DNA of 32,000 nucleotides from Xanthomonas campestris pv. campestris str. ATCC 33913 (GCF_000007145.1 NC_003902.1:3836497-3868496), one strand, 5' to 3'; counted from the stretch's first letter, positions 10,069 to 21,152 are shown. Numbers and translations: made by a program. Notes: generated by a model not told the origin, from the letters alone.

Positions 10069-10192
10069 GGGATTCGGAATTGGTCATTCGGGATTCGTTG
10101 TCGCATCTTCGCAAGGATCGGCGAGGCAAGCGAATCAGATGAGGCAGCAGCCCCGCTCTGACAAATCCCCACTCCCAAATCCCCAATCCCCG
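10069..10192. repeat. REP-like intergenic element made of inverted arrays of GGGGATT-type heptamers
   Basis: The left arm (10069-10098) is GGGATT CGGAATT GGTCATT CGGGATT. The reverse complement of the right arm (10161-10192) is GGGGATT GGGGATT TGGGAGT GGGGATT. That is four heptamer units per arm in inverted orientation around a ~60-nt spacer. The element fills the whole recG to nucleoside-hydrolase gap. Confidence 0.7.
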
Positions 10193-10196
10193 CCAC

Positions 10197-12338
10197 TCAA
10201 GCGGCCGCATACCGCACTGCGCCACCGATCCAGCGTGCGACCACGCGGTCGGCGATCTCCGGCGCTTCGTCGAGCAAGCGCTCCGCCAGCACCTGCACCC
10301 GCGGCAGCAGGCCGGCATCGCGCGCCAGGTCGGCGATGCGGAAACTCGCCAGACCGGTCTGGCGCGTACCCAGCAACTCGCCGGGGCCACGCAGCTCCAG
10401 ATCCCTTTCGGCAATCACGAAGCCATCGTTGGTCTGGCGCATGGTCTCCAACCGCTGGCGTGCCATCAGCGACAGCGGGCCCTGATAGAGCAGCACGCAG
10501 CTGGACGCCGCCGCGCCGCGCCCGACCCGCCCGCGTAACTGGTGCAACTGGGCCAGGCCGAGACGCTCGGCGTTCTCGATGATCATCAGCGAGGCGTTGG
10601 GCACATCCACGCCCACTTCGATCACGGTGGTGGCGACCAGCAGATCGGTGCGGCCCTGCTTGAAATCCAGCATGGCCTGCTGCTTTTCGGCCGGTTTCAT
10701 GCGCCCGTGTACCAGCGCCACGCGCACGCCCGGCAGTTGCGCCGAGAGCGTTTCGAAGGTGACCTGCGCGGCCTGTGCTTCGATGCGCGGCGGGCCGTTC
10801 TGCGCGCCCTTGTCGGTGTCTTCGCTTTCTTCGATCAGGGTACAGACCCAGTACGCCTGCCGGCCTTCGGCACAGGCCGCGCGAATGCGCTCCACCAGCT
10901 CGGGCCGGCGCTCGGCGCTCAGCACGATGGTCTGCACCGGCGTGCGACCGGGCGGCAGTTCGTCGATGGCCGAGACGTGCAGATCCGCGTAGGCCGCCAT
11001 TGCCAGCGTGCGCGGGATCGGCGTGGCGGTCATCACCAGTTGATGCGGCACGCTGCCGGCAGCCGCGCCCTTGTCGCGCAGCGCCAGGCGCTGATGCACG
11101 CCGAAGCGGTGCTGCTCGTCGATGATGGCCAGCGCCAGATCGTGGAAGACCACCGCGTCCTGCATCAGCGCATGCGTGCCCACCACCACCTGTGCCTGCC
11201 CGGAGGCTACTTCGGCCATCGCCGCGACGCGCGCCTTGCCGGTGACCTTGCCGGCCAGCCAGACGATGCGCACGCCCAGCGGTTCCAGCCAGCCACGCAG
11301 GTTGGCCAGATGCTGCTCGGCCAGCAGCTCGGTGGGCGCAGCCAGGGCCACTTGTTTGCCGTGTTCGACCGCCAACATCGCGGCCAGTGCCGCCACCACG
11401 GTCTTGCCGCTGCCCACATCGCCCTGCACCAGCCGCAGCATCGGTGCCGGCTGCGCCAGATCGTGGGCGATCTGCTCGAACACGCGCTGCTGCGCGCCGG
11501 TGAGCTGGAACGGCAAGGCCTTGCGTAACTGCTGCACCAAGCGGCCACCGCGCAACTGCGGTGCGCGGAAGCGCTGCAGCGCGATGCGTTGCCGGCGCAG
11601 GCTCACTTGATGCGCCAGCAGTTCTTCGATGGCCAATCGCTGTTGCGCCGGATGTCCGCCGGCCAGCAGTTGCTGCGGGTCGGTGTCCACCGGTGGGCGA
11701 TGCATGGTCAGCAGCGCGCTGCGTAGCGACGGCAGCTGTTCGTCCTGCAACCAGTGCGGCGGCAGCAGTTCCAGCGCGGCCTCCGGCGGCAAGCGCTCCA
11801 ATGCCTGGCCGATCAGCTTGCGCAGCGTGGCCGGCCCGACACCTTCCAGCACCGGATACACCGGGTCCAGGCAATCGCCCAGGCCCGCATCTTCATCCGG
11901 CGCCAGGACGCGGTAACTGGGGTGAACGATTTCCCAGCCGTTCTGGCCGGGCTTGGGCGTGCCGAACACGCGCAAGCGCGTGCCCGGGGAAAACTGCGCA
12001 ACCTGGGCCGCGCGAAAGTGGAAGAAGCGCAGCACCAGCGTGCCGCACGAGTCGTCCGACATCGCCACGCGCAACACCGGGCGAAAGCGGAAGCCGCGCT
12101 CCATCGCCTCCACACGCCCCTCGATCTGCGCCGGTACCCCGCCCTGCAACTGCGCGATGGTGGTCAGGCGGGTGCGGTCTTCGTAGCGCAGCGGCAGGTG
12201 CAGCCACAGATCCTGCAGGCTGAGAATGCCGCGCGCGGCAAATTTCTCGGCCACTTTCGGGCCGACCCCGGGCAAGCTGGAAAGCGGCGCCTGGCCAGCG
12301 ACGGCCAGGCTTGGGGTGACGGAACGCGCGCGCGGCAC
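10197..12338 (-). CDS. recG: ATP-dependent DNA helicase RecG
   Basis: 713 aa. It has the wedge-domain N-terminus (LSSLPGVGPKVAEKF...LPLRYEDRT), Walker A (GDVGSGKT), DEQH and the TRG motif region. The start is a GTG at 12338, 18 nt after the ridA stop; the exact start is less certain. Confidence 0.93.
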   Translation of the reverse strand: MPRARSVTPSLAVAGQAPLSSLPGVGPKVAEKFAARGILSLQDLWLHLPLRYEDRTRLTTIAQLQGGVPAQIEGRVEAMERGFRFRPVLRVAMSDDSCGTLVLRFFHFRAAQVAQFSPGTRLRVFGTPKPGQNGWEIVHPSYRVLAPDEDAGLGDCLDPVYPVLEGVGPATLRKLIGQALERLPPEAALELLPPHWLQDEQLPSLRSALLTMHRPPVDTDPQQLLAGGHPAQQRLAIEELLAHQVSLRRQRIALQRFRAPQLRGGRLVQQLRKALPFQLTGAQQRVFEQIAHDLAQPAPMLRLVQGDVGSGKTVVAALAAMLAVEHGKQVALAAPTELLAEQHLANLRGWLEPLGVRIVWLAGKVTGKARVAAMAEVASGQAQVVVGTHALMQDAVVFHDLALAIIDEQHRFGVHQRLALRDKGAAAGSVPHQLVMTATPIPRTLAMAAYADLHVSAIDELPPGRTPVQTIVLSAERRPELVERIRAACAEGRQAYWVCTLIEESEDTDKGAQNGPPRIEAQAAQVTFETLSAQLPGVRVALVHGRMKPAEKQQAMLDFKQGRTDLLVATTVIEVGVDVPNASLMIIENAERLGLAQLHQLRGRVGRGAAASSCVLLYQGPLSLMARQRLETMRQTNDGFVIAERDLELRGPGELLGTRQTGLASFRIADLARDAGLLPRVQVLAERLLDEAPEIADRVVARWIGGAVRYAAA

Positions 12339-12356
12339 GGCGAATCGCGCCTTCGG

Positions 12357-12737
12357 TCAGTCGAGCACCATCACTGCGTCGACCTCGAAGCCAGCGCCCT
12401 TGGGCAGGCCCGACACCTCGATGGTCGAGCGCGCCGGGAACGGCGCCTGGAAGTATTCCTGCATCACCGCATTGACGGCGGCGAACTGGCCCAGATCGGT
12501 CAGGTACAGGCCCAAACGTACGATCTTGTCGAGCGAGCCGCCCGCGGCTTCGGCCACGGCCTTGAGGTTGTCGAACGCACGCCGCGCCTGCGCGCCGATG
12601 TCGCCGGGCACGATCTCGCCGGTGGCCGGGTCCAGCGGAATCTGCCCGGAAAAATACACGGTGTTGCCGGCACGCACGGCCTGGGAATACGGACCGATGG
12701 CGGCAGGCGCCTGATCGGTATGGATGATCTGGGACAT
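12357..12737 (-). CDS. ridA: RidA/YjgF/TdcF-family reactive enamine/imine deaminase
   Basis: The track ORF is 12357..12800. I prefer the ATG at 12737 (MSQIIHTDQAPAAIGPYSQAVRAGNTVYFSGQIPLDP, 126 aa), which has GGAG upstream. The signature is canonical for the RidA family. Confidence 0.9.
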   Translation of the reverse strand: MSQIIHTDQAPAAIGPYSQAVRAGNTVYFSGQIPLDPATGEIVPGDIGAQARRAFDNLKAVAEAAGGSLDKIVRLGLYLTDLGQFAAVNAVMQEYFQAPFPARSTIEVSGLPKGAGFEVDAVMVLD

Positions 12738-12769
12738 GGGGACTCCGTCAACACTGAAAACGAAGGCCC

Positions 12770-12800
12770 ATTGTATCGGCGCACGCCACGCACGGGCCAA
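12770..12800 (-). promoter_or_regulatory. Possible promoter for ridA-recG
   Basis: The reverse strand has TACAAT at 12775-12770, about 32 nt upstream of the ridA ATG. The best -35 candidate is TTGGCC (12800-12795), but the spacing is a long 19 nt. Pattern only. Confidence 0.3.
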
Positions 12801-12875
12801 TGACAGCGTGGCCGCCGCCGACGCGCCCTACGCGGCAGTGCTCGGCGGCCATCAGCCATCCTCGGCAGCCGGCGC

Positions 12876-14420
12876 TCAGGTGATCGGCGCCGGATTGAAC
12901 AACGCCAGGTCGTTGTACAGGCGGTGTTGCTCGGTCCAGGTGCGCTGCCCGCTGGCTACATCGAGATAACGCTGGAACAGTTCCCAGCCGAGTTGGTCCA
13001 GCGTCTTGGCCCCGCTCGCCACCCCACCGGCATCGATATCCATCAGATCGGACCAGCGCTGCGCCAGCTCGGTGCGCGTGGCCACCTTGATCACCGGCAC
13101 CATGCCCAGCCCGTACGGCGTGCCACGCCCGGTGGTGAAGACGTGCAGGTTCATGCCGGCGGCCACCTGCAAGGTGCCGCAGACAAAATCGCTGGCCGGC
13201 GTGGCGCAGTACTGCAAGCCGCGCCCCTTGACCCGCTCACCCGGCGGCACCACGCCGTTGATGGGTGACGAGCCGGACTTGGCGATCGAGCCCATCGCCT
13301 TTTCCACGATATTGGCCAGCCCGCCCTTCTTGTTGCCCGGGGTGGTGTTGGCGCTGCGATCGGCCTGGCCGCGCGCCAGGTAGGCGTCATACCAGGCCAT
13401 CTCGCGCACCAGCGCCTTGGCGACCTCGGCATTGGCGGCGCGTGGCACCAGCAGGTGAATGCCATCGCGCACTTCGGTGTTTTCCGAAAACATCACGGTC
13501 GCGCCAGCACGCACCAGCAGGTCGGCCGCGATGCCCAGGCCCGGGTTGGCAGTGACGCCTGAAAACGCATCGCTGCCACCACATTGCATGCCCACCACCA
13601 GCTCGCTGGCGGGCACGGTTTCGCGGCGGCGGGTGTCGAGGTGGCGCAGCCGTTCTTCGGCCATCTGCATGATTGAGCCAACCATGTCGGCGAAGCCCAG
13701 GCTAGCCTCCTGCAGCCGATAAATGCCGCTATCGTCGGCGCTGGCATCGTCCGGCAGCAGGCGCTCGGGCGCGAGTTTTTCGCAGCCCAGGCCCACGATC
13801 AATGCCTGCCCGCCGAAGTTGGGGCTGCGCGCGATATTGCGCAGCGTGCGGATGGGAATGATGGCCTCGGGCGCGGTGATGGCCACGCCGCAGCCGTAGA
13901 CATGATTGATCGCCACCACGTCATCGACATTGGGGTACTTGGGCAGCAGTTCGGCGCGGATCCGGGCAACCGCATGGCCCAGCACACCCACCACGCACTG
14001 CACGCTGGTCATGATGCCGAGAATGTTGCGGGTGCCGACGCTGCCGTCGCGATTGCGATAGCCCTGGAACGTATACCCGTCCAGTGGCGCGGCGGCAGCC
14101 GGTGGCTGCGGCGTCAGATCCAGTGCTGCCAGTTCCGGTGCGGTGGGCATCTCCAGCAACTGCTCGCTGACCCAGGCGCCGCGTGCGATGTCGTCGGCCG
14201 CGGTGCCGATGACCGCGCCCAGGCGGCGCACTGCCGTGCCCTTGTGCAGCGCCTGCAATGCAATCTTGTGACCTTGCGGAATGTGCTCGATCGCGGTCAT
14301 CCCGTCCTGGAACGTGGCGCCCGGCGGCGCACCGCCATCGTTGACGACGATGGCGACGTTGTCCTGAGGATGCGCTTGCAGACTGAGCCAGCGCGGCAGT
14401 TGCTGGGTGGCGGACATCAT
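12876..14420 (-). CDS. garD: Galactarate dehydratase (UxaA/GarD family: SAF domain plus dehydratase domain)
   Basis: About 514 aa counted from the ATG at 14420; the track ORF begins at a TTG at 14435. It is the same length class as E. coli GarD (523 aa). The N-terminal SAF-like region (DNVAIVV...IPQGHKIAL) and the C-terminal UxaA domain are recognisable. The genomic context is glucarate/galactarate genes. Confidence 0.85.
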   Translation of the reverse strand: MMSATQQLPRWLSLQAHPQDNVAIVVNDGGAPPGATFQDGMTAIEHIPQGHKIALQALHKGTAVRRLGAVIGTAADDIARGAWVSEQLLEMPTAPELAALDLTPQPPAAAAPLDGYTFQGYRNRDGSVGTRNILGIMTSVQCVVGVLGHAVARIRAELLPKYPNVDDVVAINHVYGCGVAITAPEAIIPIRTLRNIARSPNFGGQALIVGLGCEKLAPERLLPDDASADDSGIYRLQEASLGFADMVGSIMQMAEERLRHLDTRRRETVPASELVVGMQCGGSDAFSGVTANPGLGIAADLLVRAGATVMFSENTEVRDGIHLLVPRAANAEVAKALVREMAWYDAYLARGQADRSANTTPGNKKGGLANIVEKAMGSIAKSGSSPINGVVPPGERVKGRGLQYCATPASDFVCGTLQVAAGMNLHVFTTGRGTPYGLGMVPVIKVATRTELAQRWSDLMDIDAGGVASGAKTLDQLGWELFQRYLDVASGQRTWTEQHRLYNDLALFNPAPIT

Positions 14421-14451
14421 GGGCTTACCTTGCAAACAGGGGAGAGGAACA

Positions 14452-15723
14452 TCACTGGCCAGGCGTATCGAACTGGCGCTTGTATTGCAGAATCAATCGA
14501 TTCTCGTCGACGTTGCGCTGGTAGTTGGAGCGAAACGTGCCGTTGAACCAGATCACGCTGAAATGCTTGAGACGCGGGCTCTGAAACCGGTAGGTAGTGA
14601 GCACGTCACGCGCCCACTCGCGGCCTTCGCCTGCATAGGTCGCAGGCCGCGCGTCATCGCCGTGGATGTAGCGCGCCATGACGCTGAGCCCGGGGATGCC
14701 GATGCTCTTGCCATCGATGCTGTAACGCAGCTGCCAGCTGCGCTCGCCGCGTTCGAGAAAGTCGTTGATGAAGGTCCAGTTGAAGACATTGCCGTCGGTA
14801 CCGCCTGGCCAGGGCATGGCGCCGGGCCCGGACAGGCGTTGATAGCCGGCCCCGAATTCATGCCCGCCAGTGCGCCAGGACACCATGCTGCTGAACATAC
14901 GGTTGTCGATTGGCCCGGCACGCGATTGGCCGACGTCATCGGTGCGGAAATAGCGCAGGTCTACACGCAACTGATCCTTGCCGAAGGCGTGCGTCTGGAT
15001 CAGGTTGTAGAGCTGCTGGCGGTAGATGTCTTCCATCAGCGCGCCCTGATAGCGTAGCTGCGTGCCGGGCGCAACGCTGTAGGTGGCCGACACCAGATTC
15101 AACGCATCCGCATCCGGGGTCCCCAGAAAGCGGCGGTTCTTGTTGGTCAAGGTGATCGGCACGCGCGAATCGCCGTCGCGATACCAGGCACTGGTGAAAC
15201 GCGCGAGCAGCAGATCGAGCTTGGGCACGTCCTTGGATTCCAGCGTCACGCCTTGAAACGTCTCCGGCATGATGCGGGTGATGCTGGCGCGTACCAGCGG
15301 CTCGTTGGGAATGAAGCTGCCCCACTTCAATTCGGTTTGCGAGGCGCGCAGCTTGAGTGTGGGCGCCACCCGCATCAGCGCGTGTTGCGCAGTGCCATCG
15401 TCGTTATTGGGCAGCAAGCCGGTGCCGCCCTCGGCGCGCACGCCATCGAGCTTGAAGTCGCCGATGCCGAGCAGATCCAGGCCGGCACCGACGGGACCGC
15501 GGGTATAGCCGCTTTTGGCATCCACCACGAAGCCCTGGGCCCATTCGGCACGCTTGCCCTGCCCTTCGCCACTGCGGAAGTCACGGTTGTAATAGAAGTT
15601 GAGCGCAGTGACGTCCACGCCCGCGCCATCCCAGAACCCATCGTCCGGCGCCTGTGCGCGTGCGCGCCCGGCGGCACCAACCGCCAGCAGCGCGGCGCTG
15701 CCGAGTGCCAGTACGTGTTTCAT
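14452..15723 (-). CDS. OprD (Occ)-family substrate-specific outer-membrane porin
   Basis: The track ORF 14452..16422 is over-extended. The true start is the ATG at 15723 ([25 protein letters not shown], a signal peptide) with GGAGGG 8 nt upstream, giving 423 aa. The OprD-family N-terminal signature is [24 protein letters not shown], and the protein ends in Phe-rich beta-barrel sequence. Confidence 0.85.
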   Translation of the reverse strand: MKHVLALGSAALLAVGAAGRARAQAPDDGFWDGAGVDVTALNFYYNRDFRSGEGQGKRAEWAQGFVVDAKSGYTRGPVGAGLDLLGIGDFKLDGVRAEGGTGLLPNNDDGTAQHALMRVAPTLKLRASQTELKWGSFIPNEPLVRASITRIMPETFQGVTLESKDVPKLDLLLARFTSAWYRDGDSRVPITLTNKNRRFLGTPDADALNLVSATYSVAPGTQLRYQGALMEDIYRQQLYNLIQTHAFGKDQLRVDLRYFRTDDVGQSRAGPIDNRMFSSMVSWRTGGHEFGAGYQRLSGPGAMPWPGGTDGNVFNWTFINDFLERGERSWQLRYSIDGKSIGIPGLSVMARYIHGDDARPATYAGEGREWARDVLTTYRFQSPRLKHFSVIWFNGTFRSNYQRNVDENRLILQYKRQFDTPGQ

Positions 15724-15800
15724 GTCAACCGCCCTCCGCGGTGGTGAAGCGGTGCATGCAACCTGGCGCAATGCACCCGTGTTGGCCTGCGACGCCACAG

Positions 15801-17156
15801 CTAGCGCACCAGGCACGGACGCTTGTTGTCGAATGCCCAGTTCGGAATCAGGCACTGCATGCCTGCCGCGTCGTCGCGCGCACCCAGGCTCAGGCTCTGA
15901 TAGGTGCGATGCGCCGCATCCAGTGCGTCGATGTCCAGCTCGATGCCCAGGCCCGGTTTGGCAGGCACCTGGATCTGGCCGCCTGCAATTGTCAACGGCG
16001 CGTGCGTCAGGCGTTGACCGTCCTGCCAGATCCAGTGCGTATCGATCGCCGTTACGCGCCCGGGTGCGGCGGCGGCCACGTGGGTGAACATGGCCAGCGA
16101 AATATCGAAGTGATTGTTGGAATGCGAACCCCAGGTCAGGCCCCAATCGCGACACATCTGCGCAACGCGCACCGAACCTTGCAGCGTCCAGAAATGCGGA
16201 TCGGCCAATGGAATATCCACCGATTGCAGCTGGATGGCGTGGCCCATCTGGCGCCAATCGGTGGCGATCATGTTGGTGGCCGTGGGCAGGCCGGTGGCAC
16301 GCCGAAACTCGGCCATGACTTCGCGCCCGGAATACCCATCCTGCGCACCACATGGGTCTTCGGCATACGCCAGCACGCCGTGCAGATCGCGGCACAGCGC
16401 GATGGCCTGCTCCAGCGACCACGCGCCATTGGGGTCGAGCGTGATACGCGCCTGCGGGAAGCGTGCATGCAAGGCGCGGATGGCCTCGATCTCCTGCTCG
16501 CCGCGCAGCACGCCGCCCTTGAGCTTGAAATCACGGAAGCCATATTTGTCGTAGGCGGCCTCCGCCAGTGCAACCACGGCATCGGGGGTCAATGCCTCCT
16601 CGTCACGCAGCGATTCCCAGCGATCACGCGCGCCGCTGCCATCGCGGTAGGCCACGCTGGCCTTGCGGCGGTCGCCGATGAAGAACAGATAGCCAAGCAC
16701 ATCCACCGCGTCGCGTTGCTGGCCTTCGCCCAGTAACGCGGCCACCGGCTGCTCCAGAAATTGCCCAAGCAGGTCCAGCAATGCCGACTCGATCGCGGTG
16801 ACCGCATGGATGGTGATGCGCAGATCGAAGGTCTGCAGGCCACGGCCCGCACTGTCGCGGTCGGCAAAGGTTGCGCGCACCTGATTGAGGATGCGCTGGT
16901 AGTCGGCGATGGGCCGGTCAAGGATCAACCCGGCGGCCTCGCGCAACAGCGCGGCAATCGCCTCGCCGCCCGGCACTTCGCCCACGCCGATGCGCCCGGA
17001 GGAATCGTGCAGCACCAGCACGTTGCGGGTGAAGTACGGTGCGTGCGCGCCACTCAGGTTCAGCAGCATGCTGTCCTGCCCGGCGACCGGCACCACGCGC
17101 ACGTCGGTGATGCGTGGTGTCGCGCTGCTGCGCGCACTTGAAGAATGGATGTTCAT
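15801..17156 (-). CDS. gudD: D-glucarate dehydratase (enolase superfamily)
   Basis: 451 aa from the ATG at 17156 (MNIHSSS) with GGAG upstream. It aligns by eye along its length with E. coli GudD, for example [25 protein letters not shown] and [35 protein letters not shown]. Confidence 0.93.
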   Translation of the reverse strand: MNIHSSSARSSATPRITDVRVVPVAGQDSMLLNLSGAHAPYFTRNVLVLHDSSGRIGVGEVPGGEAIAALLREAAGLILDRPIADYQRILNQVRATFADRDSAGRGLQTFDLRITIHAVTAIESALLDLLGQFLEQPVAALLGEGQQRDAVDVLGYLFFIGDRRKASVAYRDGSGARDRWESLRDEEALTPDAVVALAEAAYDKYGFRDFKLKGGVLRGEQEIEAIRALHARFPQARITLDPNGAWSLEQAIALCRDLHGVLAYAEDPCGAQDGYSGREVMAEFRRATGLPTATNMIATDWRQMGHAIQLQSVDIPLADPHFWTLQGSVRVAQMCRDWGLTWGSHSNNHFDISLAMFTHVAAAAPGRVTAIDTHWIWQDGQRLTHAPLTIAGGQIQVPAKPGLGIELDIDALDAAHRTYQSLSLGARDDAAGMQCLIPNWAFDNKRPCLVR

Positions 17157-17175
17157 TGAAGGATCTCCGCGTGAG

Positions 17176-18540
17176 TCACAGCGCTGCAGGAAGGGGCATG
17201 GATGGGCCGCCAGGCGGCGCCTTGAGCTCCACCCGCTTGATTTGGCCGACCACCACCAGGTACGACACCACCGCCAGCAAGGCATTGAATCCAACGAACA
17301 CCAGGGCCCACTCGAAGGTGCCGGTGTTGGAGACGATGTAGCCGATCACGATCGGCGTGGTGATGCCGGCCATGTTGCCGAAGGTGTTGAACAGGCCGCC
17401 CGAGAGCCCTGCGATTTCCTTGGGCGAGGTATCGGCCACCACCGCCCAGCCGAGCGCGCCAATGCCTTTGCCGAAGAACGCCAGCGCCATCAAGCCGACC
17501 ACCATCCATTCGGCCTGCACGTAGTTGCAGCCGATCATCGTCACCGACATCAACATGCCAACCACGATCGGCGTCTTGCGCGCCACGGTGAGCGAGTAGC
17601 CGCGCCGCACCATGCGATCGGACACGTAACCGCCCAGCACGCCGCCGATGAAGCCGCACACCGCCGGCAGCGAGGCAACGAAGCCTGCCTCCAGGATCGA
17701 CATGCCACGCTCCTTGACCAGATACACCGGGAACCAGGTCAAAAAGAAGTACGTCAGCGTGGTGATGCAGTACTGGCCGATGTACACGCCGAGCAACATG
17801 CGATTGCCCAGCAGTTGCTTGGCGTAATGCCATTGCGCTCCCTTGACGTGCTGGCTAGGCGTGTTGCGTTGCTCCATGTCCACCAGTGCACCGTTGCGCT
17901 GGATGTAGTCCAGTTCCTGCGCCGACAAACGCGGGTGCTCGCGCGGTGCATAGATGGTCTTTCTCCACAGCGCGGCCAGCAGCACGCCGGCCGCGCCCAT
18001 CACCAGGAACACGTGCTCCCAGCCCCAGGCATGCACCAGCCAGCCCATCAGCGGCGCGAAGGCCACGGTGGCGAAGTACTGTGCGGAGTTGAAGATCGAG
18101 GCGGCCAAGCCGCGTTCGGCCGTGGGAAACCATGCCGCCACGATGCGGCTATTACCGGGGAACGAGGGCGCTTCGGCGATGCCCACCAGAAAGCGCAGCA
18201 CGAACAAGGTGGTGACCGCCCAGGCCACCGGCACCCAGCCGATGAATCCCTGCAGCACGGTGAACAGCGACCAGGTCAGCAGGGACAGGCCATACACGCG
18301 CCGTGAGCCGAAGCGGTCGAGCAACCAGCCTCCCGGAATCTGCCCGGCCACGTATGCCCAGCCGAATGCCGAGAAAATGAAACCCATCTGCAGTGCATCG
18401 ATGCCCAGCGAGTCCTGCACGGCGGAGCCGGCAATGGACAAGGTGGCGCGGTCCGCATAGTTGATCGTGGTCACCACGAACAACATCAGCAAGATCAGAT
18501 AACGCCTGCGCGGAACTGTCTTCGAATCGGGAGCCATCAT
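17176..18540 (-). CDS. gudP: MFS anion:cation symporter, GudP/GarP-type glucarate/galactarate permease
   Basis: 454 aa. It is strongly similar to E. coli GudP in the N-terminal half ([13 protein letters not shown]...[28 protein letters not shown]). A GAGGA RBS lies 4-5 nt upstream of the ATG. Confidence 0.88.
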   Translation of the reverse strand: MMAPDSKTVPRRRYLILLMLFVVTTINYADRATLSIAGSAVQDSLGIDALQMGFIFSAFGWAYVAGQIPGGWLLDRFGSRRVYGLSLLTWSLFTVLQGFIGWVPVAWAVTTLFVLRFLVGIAEAPSFPGNSRIVAAWFPTAERGLAASIFNSAQYFATVAFAPLMGWLVHAWGWEHVFLVMGAAGVLLAALWRKTIYAPREHPRLSAQELDYIQRNGALVDMEQRNTPSQHVKGAQWHYAKQLLGNRMLLGVYIGQYCITTLTYFFLTWFPVYLVKERGMSILEAGFVASLPAVCGFIGGVLGGYVSDRMVRRGYSLTVARKTPIVVGMLMSVTMIGCNYVQAEWMVVGLMALAFFGKGIGALGWAVVADTSPKEIAGLSGGLFNTFGNMAGITTPIVIGYIVSNTGTFEWALVFVGFNALLAVVSYLVVVGQIKRVELKAPPGGPSMPLPAAL

Positions 18541-18654
18541 CTTTCCTCACCTATGACGATGGAAGCGCAATGCGCTTCGATACTTCAGGGCGCCTGGGGA
18601 TGGCGTGCCGGACCCTCCTCCGGCATGCCTCAGGCATGGGCGTGTGCAGCGTGC

Positions 18655-20235
18655 TCAGTCGTGTCCCAGCGCGCCATCGACGCGTCGCCATAACTTGAGT
18701 GGATTGCCATCTGCCACGGCCGCGGGCAGCAGTTCGGCCGGGAGGTCTTGGTAGCAGACCGGGCGCAGGAAGCGGTCGATCGCCAGCGTGCCCACCGAGG
18801 TGCTGCGGCTGTCGGAGGTGGCCGGGAACGGGCCGCCGTGCACCATGGCATGGCAGACTTCCACGCCGGTGGGCCAATCGTTGAACAGGACGCGGCCGGC
18901 CTTGCGCTCCAGCACCGGCAGCAGGGATGCGGCCAACGCCATGTCATCCGCCTCCATGTGCACGGTGGCGGTGAGTTGCCCCTCCAGGTGTTCGCTCAGG
19001 GCACGCAACTGCGCGCCGTCCTTGCAGCGCACCAGCAGCGAGGATGCGCCGAACACTTCGGCCTGCAGCGCTTCATCGGCCAAAAATGCGTCGGCATCGG
19101 TGCCGAACAATGCCGCCGGGCAGCGCCCGGCTTCCGGTGCTGCACCACGTGCCAGTGTGCTGACCTTCGGATGCGCGGCCAGACGCTGCACGCCCTGCGC
19201 ATAGGCCTGACCGATGCCTGCGGTGAGCATTGCTGCCGGCGAAACCGCCTGCAGCGTTTGCGTTGCCGATGCGATAAACGCATCCAGCGCCGGCGAATCG
19301 ATCGCCAGCAGCAGACCGGGATTGGTGCAGAACTGGCCGGCGCCCAAGGTCAGCGAGCCGACAAACGCTTTGCCCAGATCCGGTGCGCGTGCCTGCAACG
19401 CCTGCGGCAGCAGATACACCGGGTTGATCGCACTCATTTCCGCATACACCGGAATCGGCTCGCGGCGTGCGGCGGCAATCTTGACCAGCGCCATGCCTCC
19501 GGCGCGTGAGCCAGTGAACCCCACCGCCTTGATCCGCGCGTCGGCGACCAGTTGCGCGCCGATCTCGATGCCGGCGTCGAACAGCAGCGATAACACGCCT
19601 TCGGGCAAGCCGCATTGCGCCACCGCCGCCTGGATCGCGCGGCCCACCAGTTCGGAGGTGCCCGGATGCGCGCTATGCGCCTTGACCACCACTGGGCAGC
19701 CGGCCGCCAACGCCGAAGCGGTGTCGCCGCCGGCGACCGAAAACGCAAGCGGGAAATTGCTGGCGCCGAACACTGCCACCGGCCCCAGCGCGATGTGCCG
19801 CTGGCGCAGGTCCGCACGCGGCAACGGCGTACGCTGCGGCAGTGCCGGGTCGATGCGCGCCTGCAGCCAGCTGCCTTCGCGGACCACGCTGGCGAACAGG
19901 CGTAGCTGGCCCACGGTGCGCCCACGCTCGCCTTCCAGGCGTGCACGCGGCAGGCCGCTTTCGCGCATGGCCCGTTCGATCAGGCCATCGCCCAACGCCA
20001 GGATCTGCTCGGCGATGGTCTCCAGAAACTGCGCACGTGCCTCCAGCGTGGTCTCGCGGTAAGGATCGAAGGCCGCTTGCGCCAGCGCGCAGGCCTGCTC
20101 CACATCCGGCGCGGTAGCCGAGCCGAACACCGGTTGCAGCGCCTCGCCCGTGGTCGCATCCACGCCCTGCAAGGCAACGCCGGCACCCTGCACGCTGCGC
20201 TGGCCGATCAACGATTCACCCAGGATCGTGTGCAT
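18655..20235 (-). CDS. Alpha-ketoglutarate semialdehyde (2,5-dioxovalerate) dehydrogenase, aldehyde dehydrogenase superfamily
   Basis: 526 aa from the ATG at 20235 ([12 protein letters not shown]); the track ORF is over-extended to 20478. ALDH motifs are present ([32 protein letters not shown], and the catalytic Cys in [10 protein letters not shown]). The start overlaps the kdgD stop (TGATG). Confidence 0.85.
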   Translation of the reverse strand: MHTILGESLIGQRSVQGAGVALQGVDATTGEALQPVFGSATAPDVEQACALAQAAFDPYRETTLEARAQFLETIAEQILALGDGLIERAMRESGLPRARLEGERGRTVGQLRLFASVVREGSWLQARIDPALPQRTPLPRADLRQRHIALGPVAVFGASNFPLAFSVAGGDTASALAAGCPVVVKAHSAHPGTSELVGRAIQAAVAQCGLPEGVLSLLFDAGIEIGAQLVADARIKAVGFTGSRAGGMALVKIAAARREPIPVYAEMSAINPVYLLPQALQARAPDLGKAFVGSLTLGAGQFCTNPGLLLAIDSPALDAFIASATQTLQAVSPAAMLTAGIGQAYAQGVQRLAAHPKVSTLARGAAPEAGRCPAALFGTDADAFLADEALQAEVFGASSLLVRCKDGAQLRALSEHLEGQLTATVHMEADDMALAASLLPVLERKAGRVLFNDWPTGVEVCHAMVHGGPFPATSDSRSTSVGTLAIDRFLRPVCYQDLPAELLPAAVADGNPLKLWRRVDGALGHD

Positions 20236-21152
20236 CAGCGGCGCCCTCCGATGAGCTGCGTGAGCTGGGCGAATTCGTCTTCGGTCAGATCGGCCAGCGG
20301 CGTACGTACCGGGCCGGCCGGGCGACCCACGGCACGCATGCCGGCCTTGACGATCGACACCGCATAGCCGGCGCGGCGATTGCGCAGCACGGTGTACGGC
20401 AGCACGAAGTCGTTGAGCTCGCGGTAGATGGTTGCGTGATCGCGCGCGCGCACTGCCGCATAGAACGACAGCGCCCATTCCGGCAGGAAATTGAAGATGG
20501 CCGACGAATACGTGGTCACCCCCATTTCCAGGTACGGCAGCGCAAAGGTTTCGGCCGTCGGCAGGCCGCCGACGTAGAGCAGGCGATCGCCCAGCCGCGC
20601 GTAGATACGCGTCATGCGCTCCACATCGCCGATGCCGTCCTTGTAGCCCACCAGGTTGGGGCAGCGCTCGGCCACCCGCGCCAGCGCCACGTCATCGAGC
20701 CGGGCATTGGCGCGGCCGTAGACAATCACGCCCAGCGAGGTCGCCTTGCAGACGCGCTCGACATGCTCGGCCACGCCGTCGGCATCGCATTCGGTGAGAT
20801 ACGGCGGAAACAGCAAGATGCCATCGGCGTCGTTACGCTCTGCCGCCTGCGCCATGGCCACGGCAATCGCGGTGCCGTAGCCGGCCGGCGCAATCACCGG
20901 CATGCGCCCGGCGGTCTGGGTCACGGCCGCGCGCACTGCGCGGTCCACTTCGTCCAGGGTCAGCGAAAACAGCTCGCCGGTGCCGCCGGCAGCAAACAAC
21001 CCGGCGGCCGGGTGCGAGGACAGCCAGTCCAGATTGCTGCGGTAGGCGGGCTCGTCGAAAGCCATGTCCGCATCGAAGTGCGTCACCGGGAATGACAGGA
21101 GCCCGGCACCAAGCGCTTGGGCCATTTCCGAAGGTGTGTATCTGCTGCTCAT
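20235..21152 (-). CDS. kdgD: 5-dehydro-4-deoxyglucarate dehydratase (DapA/NAL superfamily)
   Basis: 305 aa from the ATG at 21152 ([27 protein letters not shown]). The GTGE motif and the length are typical of KdgD. It is the first gene of the minus-strand catabolic operon. Confidence 0.88.
   Translation of the reverse strand: MSSRYTPSEMAQALGAGLLSFPVTHFDADMAFDEPAYRSNLDWLSSHPAAGLFAAGGTGELFSLTLDEVDRAVRAAVTQTAGRMPVIAPAGYGTAIAVAMAQAAERNDADGILLFPPYLTECDADGVAEHVERVCKATSLGVIVYGRANARLDDVALARVAERCPNLVGYKDGIGDVERMTRIYARLGDRLLYVGGLPTAETFALPYLEMGVTTYSSAIFNFLPEWALSFYAAVRARDHATIYRELNDFVLPYTVLRNRRAGYAVSIVKAGMRAVGRPAGPVRTPLADLTEDEFAQLTQLIGGRR

Noticed and set aside
10135-11874. 579-aa minus-strand ORF overlapping recG in another frame, plus the plus-strand ORFs at 10542..11528 and 11754..12803
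   Set aside because: These are off-frame or antisense to RecG, whose helicase motifs are intact. The translations are Arg/Ala/Gly/Pro low-complexity sequence. They are spurious.
14452-16422. 656-aa version of the porin ORF, with similar 5' over-extensions of the pilM, ponA, gltA, rpmE2, ridA, gudD, dehydrogenase, kdgD, rpoZ and yicC ORFs
   Set aside because: The upstream extensions overlap the preceding genes or intergenic DNA and lack RBSs. In each case an internal start with an SD-like sequence gives a family-typical N-terminus and length. I used the shorter coordinates.
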